From: a virus
Strand: one strand, 5' to 3'
Length of the DNA stretch: 64,000 nt
IMG/VR virus record: IMGVR_UViG_3300016476_001289
Under the pieces are notes generated by a model. That model saw only the letters and a program-made list of their open reading frames with translations, was not told the DNA's origin and did not search any database. Within the stretch, counting starts at the first letter, position 1, and the number at the start of each line of letters is the position of its first letter. Below are positions 9,184 to 18,164 of the stretch, one piece after another. Both the position numbers and the translations under genes were made by a program.

Positions 9184-9948
9184 ATGACTACTTATATTGA
9201 AAACCTTGAAGCTAACTTGGATAACCTTAGAATCCAAGAATCTAATATTAGAACTGAAATTACTCGCCTTGAAAAAATCTCTAATAATATTGAGTATGCT
9301 GATCACTACTTTCAAAGAACCCAAAAAGAACTCCAAAGACTCTTTCAAGAGCTTGGAACTAATACTATGCCCCAATCTTTTGACCAGCTATCACAAATTA
9401 TCTTAAACAATAGCTTTGATCCCCAAACTCTTATTGATGTTAATAACCAAATACACGCTCTAAGAGATTCTCTTCCTAATACCAGTTTAATAGAAAATAC
9501 TATTAGACTCTCTAAGGATATTGGCTTCACCAGTGATTTACTTGTCATCTTTAATGATATTTGGAATGCCATTAGAGTTAATGGCACTACTAATGCTATT
9601 AAACCTTCTAATTTCAAAAATGAACTTATCACCCAATCCGAAAATAATTCACATAATTATTGGAGTTATCCCAGAACACAATACAAATTAGAAGAAGGTT
9701 CTACTAGAAAAATCTCTAAGGCAATTAGCGTTAATATATGCAAAAACCTTAAAGGCGTTGTGGTCTACCTTATTGACCTCAAATCTAATATGAGAACAAA
9801 ATTTGTCTTAACTGATAGTAATAGTGAAGCTTCTCAAGAGTTATCTATGTGGCTTAAAGGTACTGACCTTTATCAACCTATTGCAAAATTACCTCCCCTC
9901 CCAAGAGATTCTTTTAAACAAACTATCATCGATGCATTTTTAAATTAA
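9184..9948 (+). CDS. Hypothetical protein with N-terminal coiled coil
   Basis: 254 aa, AAGGA RBS. Confidence 0.7.
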   Translation: MTTYIENLEANLDNLRIQESNIRTEITRLEKISNNIEYADHYFQRTQKELQRLFQELGTNTMPQSFDQLSQIILNNSFDPQTLIDVNNQIHALRDSLPNTSLIENTIRLSKDIGFTSDLLVIFNDIWNAIRVNGTTNAIKPSNFKNELITQSENNSHNYWSYPRTQYKLEEGSTRKISKAISVNICKNLKGVVVYLIDLKSNMRTKFVLTDSNSEASQELSMWLKGTDLYQPIAKLPPLPRDSFKQTIIDAFLN

Positions 9949-9957
9949 GGATTTTTT

Positions 9958-10476
9958 ATGTCTTATTCAAATTATGAAAACCTTCCTGATAATCTTAAAC
10001 CACTAGCATACATGAATGTTATTACTAAATACATTCCTGAAAATACTAAAAATTTCAATCTCAAGTCCACACTTCAATGGAATTGGTGCAGTGAATATTT
10101 TGAACCTATTGCCGTCTTCTATGACCCCTTTACTGATAAAGTAAATGTTCACCTCTCTTATGACAAAAGAGAAATGGCTTACTATATACACACATTCTCA
10201 CCAGATACTAAAACCATAGATGTCCTCAAAAGTGATATTCTTGGCTTCCCTTGTATGACCCTTAACTATGACGGAACTTTCCCCATCACCTATCCTACAA
10301 ATATAAACCCCATTGTAGATACCCATGCTAAACACATATATCAACATTGTCTTAAAATAGGTAGAGAATACCACCAAGCTTTACTAACCTTTGAACAATT
10401 TATCAATACTTGTAATCTACACAATTTAAACTTCAATACCACCACAGGTGAAATACTATGTCCTACACAAAATTAA
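9958..10476 (+). CDS. Hypothetical protein
   Basis: 172 aa, AAGGA RBS. Confidence 0.65.
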   Translation: MSYSNYENLPDNLKPLAYMNVITKYIPENTKNFNLKSTLQWNWCSEYFEPIAVFYDPFTDKVNVHLSYDKREMAYYIHTFSPDTKTIDVLKSDILGFPCMTLNYDGTFPITYPTNINPIVDTHAKHIYQHCLKIGREYHQALLTFEQFINTCNLHNLNFNTTTGEILCPTQN

Positions 10477-10877
10477 AAAACAATAAACGAATCTTCAATA
10501 ACAAAAACACTAACCACAAATTTAAAGATATTCTCCCCACCGTCCTAGAAGAAATTAACTTTTCTCTTAAAGACAAATCTATGGAAGGCTTCTTCGATAT
10601 CCACACCTACCAAAAATCTAATATGCTTATACAAATTAGATTTAACCCCGATGACCCAGATACCCAATATCTCTTCTCTGAACCTCAAAATGAATTTTGT
10701 TTTGAAGTTAAACCTAACAACGATTCCTATGACTTATTCTTGTCTGTGATTGAGAATGAATACATTATGCGGACCGTTGACAAAGAACTTGATTGTTCTC
10801 TTGAATGTGCTTTTAACAACCTCTTTGAATACTTAAGAGCAGGTTACTCTGACTCTTCTTTTTGTATCACTAAGTAA
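10458..10877 (+). CDS. Hypothetical protein
   Basis: 139 aa within a co-oriented run. Confidence 0.65.
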   Translation: MSYTKLKNNKRIFNNKNTNHKFKDILPTVLEEINFSLKDKSMEGFFDIHTYQKSNMLIQIRFNPDDPDTQYLFSEPQNEFCFEVKPNNDSYDLFLSVIENEYIMRTVDKELDCSLECAFNNLFEYLRAGYSDSSFCITK

Positions 10878-10890
10878 AGGATTTATACAT

Positions 10891-11460
10891 ATGAACATTG
10901 ATTCATTACAACTCGATAACCAATTCCGATTTGATGAAAGTCTTGACTTTATCACTGAAGATACCAATTACGATCAACCTCTTGTTATGGTCTATCCTCA
11001 AATCGCTGTCGTTGATCAAAATGGTGCTCCCGCTATCCTACTCGTTGTCTATGGTTCTACCTCTGATGATTTTAAGAAACTTTCTCTTAAAACCACCTCA
11101 GGTGAAACTAGGGGTTATAAACGAAAAGGTGAATTTGATGATATTTGTTATTACTTCCTACCTACTTCTAAGTCAGGTGAAATAACTTTATCCGATGGCA
11201 CTAATACTTATCTTGTCTCATGGGATATTATTGATGAATACACCACTAAATTCACCAATCACTATTCTAAAGCTTCTATCCTATTCCTACATGATTATGG
11301 CATCATCCCTGAAGATACCACTAAGCTTAAAGAATATTATATTGAACTTTATCAAAGTCTTGGTGAAGTTGATCCTGAAGAAGGTGAAAATGAATACCAA
11401 GCTAAATTCAAAACACATATCTATAACAAACTCCAAGAACTTCAAAAAATCAATAACTAA
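10891..11460 (+). CDS. Hypothetical protein, paralog of 11490-12002
   Basis: Shared YYFLPxSKSGEIT, DEYTTKFTNH, ASILF..DYGI, KLKE.YIELY. Confidence 0.8.
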   Translation: MNIDSLQLDNQFRFDESLDFITEDTNYDQPLVMVYPQIAVVDQNGAPAILLVVYGSTSDDFKKLSLKTTSGETRGYKRKGEFDDICYYFLPTSKSGEITLSDGTNTYLVSWDIIDEYTTKFTNHYSKASILFLHDYGIIPEDTTKLKEYYIELYQSLGEVDPEEGENEYQAKFKTHIYNKLQELQKINN

Positions 11461-11489
11461 CCTAACCACCATACAAAAAGGATATTCCT

Positions 11490-12002
11490 ATGAATTTACA
11501 ACTTGAAGAACAATTTCTCTTTGATGACAGTTTTGAGTTTCCTCCTTCTGTCAGTGTTTACCCTTACATCACCGTCAATGGCTCTGACCCTATTATCTGG
11601 ATCAGTGCTTATGGCACTAACACTAAACTATTTAAGAAACTCATTATCAAAACTACAATAGGTGAAACTAAAACCCACCAAGAGAAAGGTGATAATGATG
11701 ATATGGAATATTACTTCCTACCTTATTCTAAATCAGGTGAAATAACCATATCTATAGGCAATGACACCTATACTCTCTCTTGGGATCATTTAGATGAATA
11801 TACCACCAAATTCACTAACCACTTTTCTAATGCCTCTATCCTATTCATAAAAGATTATGGCATTGCCCCTAATGATATCACTAAACTTAAAGAACATTAT
11901 ATTGAACTTTATCATAGTGTAGATTCCACTACTGAAACTGCTTCTAAATTTAAAGCTTATCTTTTTAACAAACTTCAAGAAATTCAAGCCTTAGGTAAAT
12001 AA
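11490..12002 (+). CDS. Hypothetical protein, paralog of 10891-11460
   Basis: Tandem paralog with clear amino-acid and DNA similarity. Confidence 0.8.
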   Translation: MNLQLEEQFLFDDSFEFPPSVSVYPYITVNGSDPIIWISAYGTNTKLFKKLIIKTTIGETKTHQEKGDNDDMEYYFLPYSKSGEITISIGNDTYTLSWDHLDEYTTKFTNHFSNASILFIKDYGIAPNDITKLKEHYIELYHSVDSTTETASKFKAYLFNKLQEIQALGK

Positions 12003-12005
12003 CAT

Positions 12006-12623
12006 ATGAACTTAGGTAAAATAAACTTTAACAAAAACAATTTAGATTTTAACACCGTCCTTATATCACATACCTATAACCAACCCTATATGTTAGGTGA
12101 AACACCTGTCACACAAGACCTCTATTATAGAGTCACTGCTAGTAACCCTAGCAAATTCATAGGTAACCCTAATCGCCCTGTTGAACAAGTCTCTTTTTAT
12201 GATGCTATGTTGTTTTGTAATATACTAAGTTCTAAATTTAACCTTGAACCTTATTACACTATAAATACTAACAATATCAAAATAAATGACACTTCCAGTG
12301 GTTTTAGATTACCTACTGCAACTGAATGGCACTTCGCTTGTACTGATTACCACGATATAAAGAAAGTTAATATTCTCGATATAGCTTGGTGTAAAGAAAA
12401 TTCAAATTCTACCACCCACCCCGTAGCTACTAAGAGACCTAATACATGGGGGCTATATGATATGTGTGGTAATGTTGATGAATGGGTACTCCACCATGAG
12501 ATTATAGGTTGTGGTGGTTCTTGGAAAGAACCCCACCTTCATATACCCACAGCAGTCCGATGTGGTTTTCCTTACAATACTCGCAATAATGATCTCGGTT
12601 TTCGTATCGCTAAAAATCTATAG
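12006..12623 (+). CDS. FGE-sulfatase (formylglycine-generating enzyme-like, C-type lectin fold) domain protein
   Basis: RPVEQVSFYDA..FCN, GFRLPTATEW, PNTWGLYDMCGNVDEW, GGSW, LGFRIA. Confidence 0.9.
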   Translation: MNLGKINFNKNNLDFNTVLISHTYNQPYMLGETPVTQDLYYRVTASNPSKFIGNPNRPVEQVSFYDAMLFCNILSSKFNLEPYYTINTNNIKINDTSSGFRLPTATEWHFACTDYHDIKKVNILDIAWCKENSNSTTHPVATKRPNTWGLYDMCGNVDEWVLHHEIIGCGGSWKEPHLHIPTAVRCGFPYNTRNNDLGFRIAKNL

Positions 12624-12641
12624 AAAGGATTATATTTATAT

Positions 12642-13058
12642 ATGCTACACAATCACCTTAAACTTAGAACTGCTATGAGAAACCACCTCTCTGACTTTTC
12701 TTACACCCTTAAACATATCTCTGATATTCGTTCCTTTGGTTTATTCTCTAACACTAAACACTCTTCTAATATGATTGACTACACTCTCATTAATGAAGAT
12801 TCCGAAGTCTTTATTAAACTTGTTAATATGGACTCCAGACCTAAACACAATTTAACTCCCTTTGTCGTTTTCTTTTCTTTTAAAGAATCTGATCTCCCCA
12901 CCTTACTTGACGGTGGTAAAATTACTTTCTCTATTGATGAACCCTTCTCTGATCTCATTCAAGAGGATATGTCTTTAGATCACTTTCTTAACACTCTCTC
13001 TACTATCGTTAAGAAACTTAAAACTACTAAAAATATTAACCTACTCAAAATCATCTAA
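12642..13058 (+). CDS. Hypothetical protein
   Basis: 138 aa, AAAGGA RBS. Confidence 0.65.
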   Translation: MLHNHLKLRTAMRNHLSDFSYTLKHISDIRSFGLFSNTKHSSNMIDYTLINEDSEVFIKLVNMDSRPKHNLTPFVVFFSFKESDLPTLLDGGKITFSIDEPFSDLIQEDMSLDHFLNTLSTIVKKLKTTKNINLLKII

Positions 13059-13353
13059 TCTTTTATTTTCCACCCCACCCTTAGATTTCTTTACCTGTAT
13101 ATATACACCACACCTATACACCTATGTACATCTACTATGCGAGTTTATGCGGACCCCTTACCCTAATAATAAACAGAGGGGATAGTTTTTTCAGTTTTCA
13201 ATTTTTTCAATTTTATTTTTTATATTTACTTGGGGGTAAACCTTATTAGAAATACACCTATCACATATTGCATTTTCATGCCTTATATGATAGAGTATAT
13301 CCTATAAATGATATTTATATTCTTTTTTTATAAATTTGGAGGTAGAAAATAAG
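13059..13353. other. Candidate replication origin at a strand-skew inversion
   Basis: C-rich to G-rich flip on the + strand between co-oriented genes; ATGCGGACCCC at 13147; T-rich tract ~13185-13230. Confidence 0.4.
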
Positions 13354-13764
13354 ATGGCATTAACAAAAATAGGAGAAAAGAGTAAAAAGAGGGAAGGAAT
13401 AGACAATCCTGTATATGATAGTCATGATATAGGGTTAGTAGTATATATGAGAGATCTATTAGAAGAGATAGGGTTTTATACAGATGAAAGAGTAGATGAT
13501 AATAGTAGGCATATTAAATATAGTATAGGGTATATAAGTAAGCCTATAGTGATAGTGGGATATAATGCTATAAAGGGATATAGTATATACTTTATGGGAA
13601 AGAGAGAATATAAGGTGAGAAAGTTAGGAGGAGTAATATCGTATGAGTATATGGAGAATTATGTAGAAGTAGATAAGGGTGTGAATATAAGTATAAGAGA
13701 TTTTACAGATAAGATATTAGGGACTATAAGAGAAGTATGGGTTAGTAATAATAAAGGAGAATAA
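13354..13764 (+). CDS. Hypothetical protein
   Basis: GGAGG RBS before MALTKIG. Confidence 0.65.
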   Translation: MALTKIGEKSKKREGIDNPVYDSHDIGLVVYMRDLLEEIGFYTDERVDDNSRHIKYSIGYISKPIVIVGYNAIKGYSIYFMGKREYKVRKLGGVISYEYMENYVEVDKGVNISIRDFTDKILGTIREVWVSNNKGE

Positions 13765-13765
13765 G

Positions 13766-14950
13766 ATGAAAAGAGAATTAGGGCAAGTATATACAGAGAA
13801 GACAGAGATAGAGAAGATGATTTCCTTAATAGAGAATAGGGATAGGGGGATAAGGGTATTAGAGCCTAGTGTTGGTGAGTGTAGGATATATGAAGTATTA
13901 AGGGGTATGTATGATAAAGTAGATGGGATAGAGATAGATGTAGGAGTGATACCGATAATATATATGGGTGAGATAAAGAACATAGATTTTTTTGAATATG
14001 AAAGTAGTAGTGGGTATGACTTAATAGTGTGTAATCCACCATATGTGAAATATAATAAGATAATAGAGAGTACGAGGAATAAATTAGATCATGTATTTTT
14101 TAATGAGTTATCAAACTTGTATTTACATTTTATAAAGAAGTGTATAGATTTATTGGTCGAGGGTGGTGAGATGGTATTTATAAATCCTGTGGAGTTTATA
14201 AAATTGACATCAGGGAAAGAGTTGAATGAGTATATATATGATAAAGGTACGATAACGGATTTTATAGATTATGGTGATAAGAAGGTATTTAAGGGGGCGA
14301 GTCCGAATGTGTGTATATGGAAGTATAAGAAAGGGTTAAAAGATAGGGTGTGTAGGTATGGAGTTAGTGGTGAGGAGAAAGAGTTTAGGATAAACAAGGG
14401 TGGAGTGATATATTTTGGTTCTGTGGGGGGAGAAGAAGGGATAGAGTTGGGGGATATATTTGAGATAAAGGTTGGTGGGTTTAGTGGAGCAGACAAGATA
14501 TTTACGAGTTTGGGTGGGAATAAGGAATTTGTGTATTCAGAGACGAGGGTGAGTGGGGGGTTGAGGAGGATGTATTATAATGTAGAGAGTGAAGAGTTGG
14601 AGAAGTATAAGGAAGAATTAATGGGACGGGGGTGTAGGAAGTTTAATGAGAGTAATTGGTATGAGTGGGGGAGGAATTATCCTGAGAGTGAAAGGAAGAG
14701 GATATATGTTAATTGTAAGACGAGGGTGGAAAAGCCATTTTTTTTGAGTGGGTGTAAGAATTTTGATGGTTCAGTATTGGGGTTATTTTTGAGGGATGAG
14801 ACAATGGATGAGGAGGTGTTATGTGAGAAATTAAATAGTATGGATTGGGGTGGGTTGGGATTTAAGTGTGGAGGTAGGTATATATTTGGGCAGAGGACAT
14901 TATCGAGTGTTCTAGTGGAAAGAAGTCTATTTTATGATAAGGGTAAGTAA
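13766..14950 (+). CDS. N6-adenine DNA methyltransferase (gamma class, Eco57I/TaqI-like)
   Basis: LGQVYT, VLEPSVG motif I, CNPPY motif IV, NLYLHFI. Confidence 0.88.
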   Translation: MKRELGQVYTEKTEIEKMISLIENRDRGIRVLEPSVGECRIYEVLRGMYDKVDGIEIDVGVIPIIYMGEIKNIDFFEYESSSGYDLIVCNPPYVKYNKIIESTRNKLDHVFFNELSNLYLHFIKKCIDLLVEGGEMVFINPVEFIKLTSGKELNEYIYDKGTITDFIDYGDKKVFKGASPNVCIWKYKKGLKDRVCRYGVSGEEKEFRINKGGVIYFGSVGGEEGIELGDIFEIKVGGFSGADKIFTSLGGNKEFVYSETRVSGGLRRMYYNVESEELEKYKEELMGRGCRKFNESNWYEWGRNYPESERKRIYVNCKTRVEKPFFLSGCKNFDGSVLGLFLRDETMDEEVLCEKLNSMDWGGLGFKCGGRYIFGQRTLSSVLVERSLFYDKGK

Positions 14951-15024
14951 TATAATATATATTGGTATATAAGCATAAAGCATATATACAGATATACAAA
15001 TAAACAGATAAAGGAAAAGAAAAG

Positions 15025-16197
15025 ATGTCATTAGATACAAAGTATAGACCAATAAGATATAGTGATGTGGTGGGGAATGAAGGAGTGGTAAAGGTATTAA
15101 AAGGAATCGTATCGAGTGGTCGTGGTCGTAGTAGTTCATATATCTTTGCTGGGTTATGGGGAGGTGGGAAGACGACATTAAGTAGGATATTAGCTCGTGC
15201 GTTGGTATGTGATGGTCCAGTGGGAGGAGAGCCATGTGATGAATGTTTTAATTGTAAGAGTGCCTTAGGTGGAGTATCAGATGCGATAGTGGAGTTTGAT
15301 GCTGCGTCAAAGTCAACGAAGGGTGATATACAGGGTTTATTGGAGTCATTGGAGTATAGTTCATTTAGTGGGAAGAGGAGGGTGTATATAATAGACGAAG
15401 CTCATGCTATAGGTTCGAGTGCTGCAGATGCTTTATTAAAGAGTTTAGAAGAGAATGTGGTAGGGAGTGATAGTGAGAAGAAGATGGTGTGTATATTTTG
15501 TACGACAGAAGTGGAGAAGATAAGGGGGGCGATAAAGAGTAGGTGTGCGCCAGTATTTACGATAAAGCCTTCGACAGTGGGAGATATAGCGAATAGGATG
15601 GAGTATATATGTGGGAAAGAGGGTGTTACAATGGTAGAGAGGAAGGCATTAGAGATGATAGCAGAGATGAATGAGGGGCATATAAGGGATTGTTTAAAGA
15701 GTTTAGAGGGTGTGATAGCGATGGGGGGAGTGACGGTGGACTTAGTTCGTAAGTATTTACATATGGATAGGAATGATGGTGTGTGTGATATATTATTGAG
15801 TAGTAGTGGTGGTGAGATGATAAGTAGGGTGAAAGAGATGTTATTAGTAACGCCTGTGAGTGTGTTATATGAGAAGTTGATAGATTGTAGTATGGTGACA
15901 TTTGGGTTAATGAATGGTGTAAAAATAGGGTTGGAGAGGTGGGATGAGAAGAAGATAAGGGAGATAGGGGTATCGGTGGATAGTGGGAGGTTAATGGGGA
16001 TAGTGGAGTCATTGGGGAGTAAGTCGGTGAAAGCGACAGGGAATATGTTGATATGTGAGTTATATAGGGAGTTATATGGGTCTGTGGAAGTAAAAAAAGT
16101 GGTGGTGGAAGGTAAAAAGGAGATATTGGAGAAAAAAGATGAAAAAATGAGTATCACAAGTTATATAATGGTGGTAAATAATATGTTAAAAGAATAA
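15025..16197 (+). CDS. dnaX: DNA polymerase III subunit gamma/tau (clamp loader)
   Basis: KYRP..DVVG, Walker A GGGKTT, C-x8-C-x2-C-x2-C zinc module, IIDEAH, ALLKSLEE, SRC. Confidence 0.92.
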   Translation: MSLDTKYRPIRYSDVVGNEGVVKVLKGIVSSGRGRSSSYIFAGLWGGGKTTLSRILARALVCDGPVGGEPCDECFNCKSALGGVSDAIVEFDAASKSTKGDIQGLLESLEYSSFSGKRRVYIIDEAHAIGSSAADALLKSLEENVVGSDSEKKMVCIFCTTEVEKIRGAIKSRCAPVFTIKPSTVGDIANRMEYICGKEGVTMVERKALEMIAEMNEGHIRDCLKSLEGVIAMGGVTVDLVRKYLHMDRNDGVCDILLSSSGGEMISRVKEMLLVTPVSVLYEKLIDCSMVTFGLMNGVKIGLERWDEKKIREIGVSVDSGRLMGIVESLGSKSVKATGNMLICELYRELYGSVEVKKVVVEGKKEILEKKDEKMSITSYIMVVNNMLKE

Positions 16198-16215
16198 ATA
16201 ATAGGAGATATATAT

Positions 16216-16917
16216 ATGGCAGTACCTACAAGGTTGGGTGGGAAGTCAAAAGAAGACAAGTGGGTAGTGTTAGAGATGACGAGTCGAGGGGAAGATGAAG
16301 CGAGGTGTGGTGGTTTGGTGGATATAGTGAGTCGTATAGGGAGGATAGAGAAAGACGACATATATATACCAGTGATAAAGACGGGTGGGGTGGTGACCTT
16401 TTTAATAGAAGGGTATATATTTATAAAGAGTGGGTATCCGTCATCGAGTTATTATAGGTTATTGGATAGTAGTTATATAGACAATAGTTTTGTATCAGTG
16501 GATGAGAAGACGGGGTTATTTTTTCATAGTGTGATAAGTGATGAAGAGTTGAAGGGGATGGTGAACAAGGCGATATGTCGGGGGGCAGTATTGGACATAG
16601 GAGGTCGTGGTAGGATAAAGAATGGTGATTTTAAGGGTTTTGAGGGGGAGATAGTGGACATAATCAATTTAGGGGAAGTGGAAAAAGAGAGTGGTGTGGA
16701 GAGGTTAAGGAGGTGGGTGATATGTGGGTGTCCGGATATGAGGGTGGTTCGTAGGAATCGTGTGAGGGAGTGGGTTATATTGGGGTGTAAGAAAGGTAAA
16801 GAGGTAGTGGGGATAAAGTATGAGAGTGAGTTGACATATTATGTGATATTGATCAAGATGCGGAGTGTGGAGATATTAACGGTGATAGATGGATTTAGTT
16901 TAGAAGGAGTGAAATAA
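16216..16917 (+). CDS. NusG/RfaH-like transcription antiterminator
   Basis: NGN-like KWVVL ... IYIPV ... LIEGYIFIK, KOW motif RIKNGDFKGFEGEI. Confidence 0.75.
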   Translation: MAVPTRLGGKSKEDKWVVLEMTSRGEDEARCGGLVDIVSRIGRIEKDDIYIPVIKTGGVVTFLIEGYIFIKSGYPSSSYYRLLDSSYIDNSFVSVDEKTGLFFHSVISDEELKGMVNKAICRGAVLDIGGRGRIKNGDFKGFEGEIVDIINLGEVEKESGVERLRRWVICGCPDMRVVRRNRVREWVILGCKKGKEVVGIKYESELTYYVILIKMRSVEILTVIDGFSLEGVK

Positions 16918-16918
16918 G

Positions 16919-17497
16919 ATGGATCATAGATTATTAGAGAGTTTATTTAGTGAAGAAGATGGATTAGCGTCATTACCATCATATTATGATGAGTTAGATG
17001 ATGAGAGTCAGGGTTTATTTAATTTAGTGTTAGAAGAGATGGAGAAGATAAGTCCATTAGAAGCAGACATAATAGAGTTGCATTTAAAGGGGATAAGTCA
17101 GTCGTTATTAGGTAAGATATTTGGTTTTACACAGCCGAATATACATTATCGATTAAATAGGGCGACAGAGAGATTAAAGATGATGGTGCAGATAGAGGAT
17201 TTTGGTGAAGAAGAGTTAGTGGAGAGGTTATCAACGGTGTTTTGTAATGAGAAGGATTTGAAGGTGATGGTGTATATATATTTATGGAGTAGTCAGTCGA
17301 AGGTGGCGAAGTTGATAGGGGAATCGCAGGGAAAAGTTCGGTATAGGTTTATGAAGGGGTTGAGAGTATTAGAAGAGATAGAAGAGTTGAGTGATATATA
17401 TAAGTCATTGAAGTTGGTGGGGGAGAATATAAGTTTATTGCGTGGTGCACACAAGACAGAAGAGATGAAGAGTATGATAGCGAAGGTGATATTATGA
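16919..17497 (+). CDS. Sigma-factor region-4-like protein with two HTH motifs
   Basis: ISPLEADIIELH.KGISQSLLGKIFGFTQPNIHYRLNRA, and a second SQSKVAKLIGESQGKVRYRF. Confidence 0.65.
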   Translation: MDHRLLESLFSEEDGLASLPSYYDELDDESQGLFNLVLEEMEKISPLEADIIELHLKGISQSLLGKIFGFTQPNIHYRLNRATERLKMMVQIEDFGEEELVERLSTVFCNEKDLKVMVYIYLWSSQSKVAKLIGESQGKVRYRFMKGLRVLEEIEELSDIYKSLKLVGENISLLRGAHKTEEMKSMIAKVIL

Positions 17498-17766
17498 CAG
17501 CAGAAAAAGTGATATTTGCAAAGGATTTAGTGACATCTTGGTTAAACAAGATAAAAGAGAAAGAGTATAGTATAACGGTGCATCCTAGAGAAGAGAATGG
17601 GTTTGTATTCCCTGAGAGGTTTTTGAGGGGGGTGACAGATAACAATAAGGATTGGGCTGAGATTAAGGTAGTGGAAGGGAAGGTGGTGATAAAGAGTAAA
17701 GATGCGATAAAGATGGCGAGTTTAATAATATATATAGAGGGAATGGGATATAATGTAGAAGAGTAA
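17494..17766 (+). CDS. Hypothetical protein
   Basis: 90 aa, ATGA-coupled to the previous gene. Confidence 0.65.
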   Translation: MTAEKVIFAKDLVTSWLNKIKEKEYSITVHPREENGFVFPERFLRGVTDNNKDWAEIKVVEGKVVIKSKDAIKMASLIIYIEGMGYNVEE

Positions 17767-17792
17767 TATGATTTTTTTATAAGGGAGTTAAT

Positions 17793-18116
17793 ATGTATAC
17801 AGAGATAAGAGAAGGTAGGAGAAAAGTGATAGATGGGGAGATAGATCAAGTAGATGTAAGGGTTCTAGTGGAAGAGTTAAAATATAAGAGAATGGGGGAA
17901 GTTTTTTATTTATTAGGTGATAATATAAAAAGGGGTGTGATATTAGAAGTGACAGAAGATAACAAGATAAAGATGGGGAACTATCAATATGATTTTTTGA
18001 ATAAGTATATTCGTAATACAACAGGTTTAAAGATGGAAGGGTTAGATAATAGGTTTTTGGTGGAGCATTTAATCATTAAAACGAGAGATGAGTGGGCGAA
18101 GGTAAATAATAATTAA
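17793..18116 (+). CDS. Hypothetical protein
   Basis: 107 aa, GGGAG RBS. Confidence 0.6.
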   Translation: MYTEIREGRRKVIDGEIDQVDVRVLVEELKYKRMGEVFYLLGDNIKRGVILEVTEDNKIKMGNYQYDFLNKYIRNTTGLKMEGLDNRFLVEHLIIKTRDEWAKVNNN

Positions 18117-18164
18117 ATAGTATAGCTGTATTTAGAACATCTTTTGTAAAGGGAGAAATCTAAA

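Noticed and set aside
5859-11506. Overlapping ORFs 5859, 6248, 6662, 7463, 8396, 8437, 9163, 9197, 9345, 10003, 10898, 11195, 11287
   Set aside because: They overlap better-supported genes almost entirely and have frame-shadow composition
13717-18021. Minus-strand ORFs opposite the G-rich cluster (e.g. 15402-16157, 17349-17849)
   Set aside because: Low-complexity shadows of recognisable + strand genes, caused by the extreme skew
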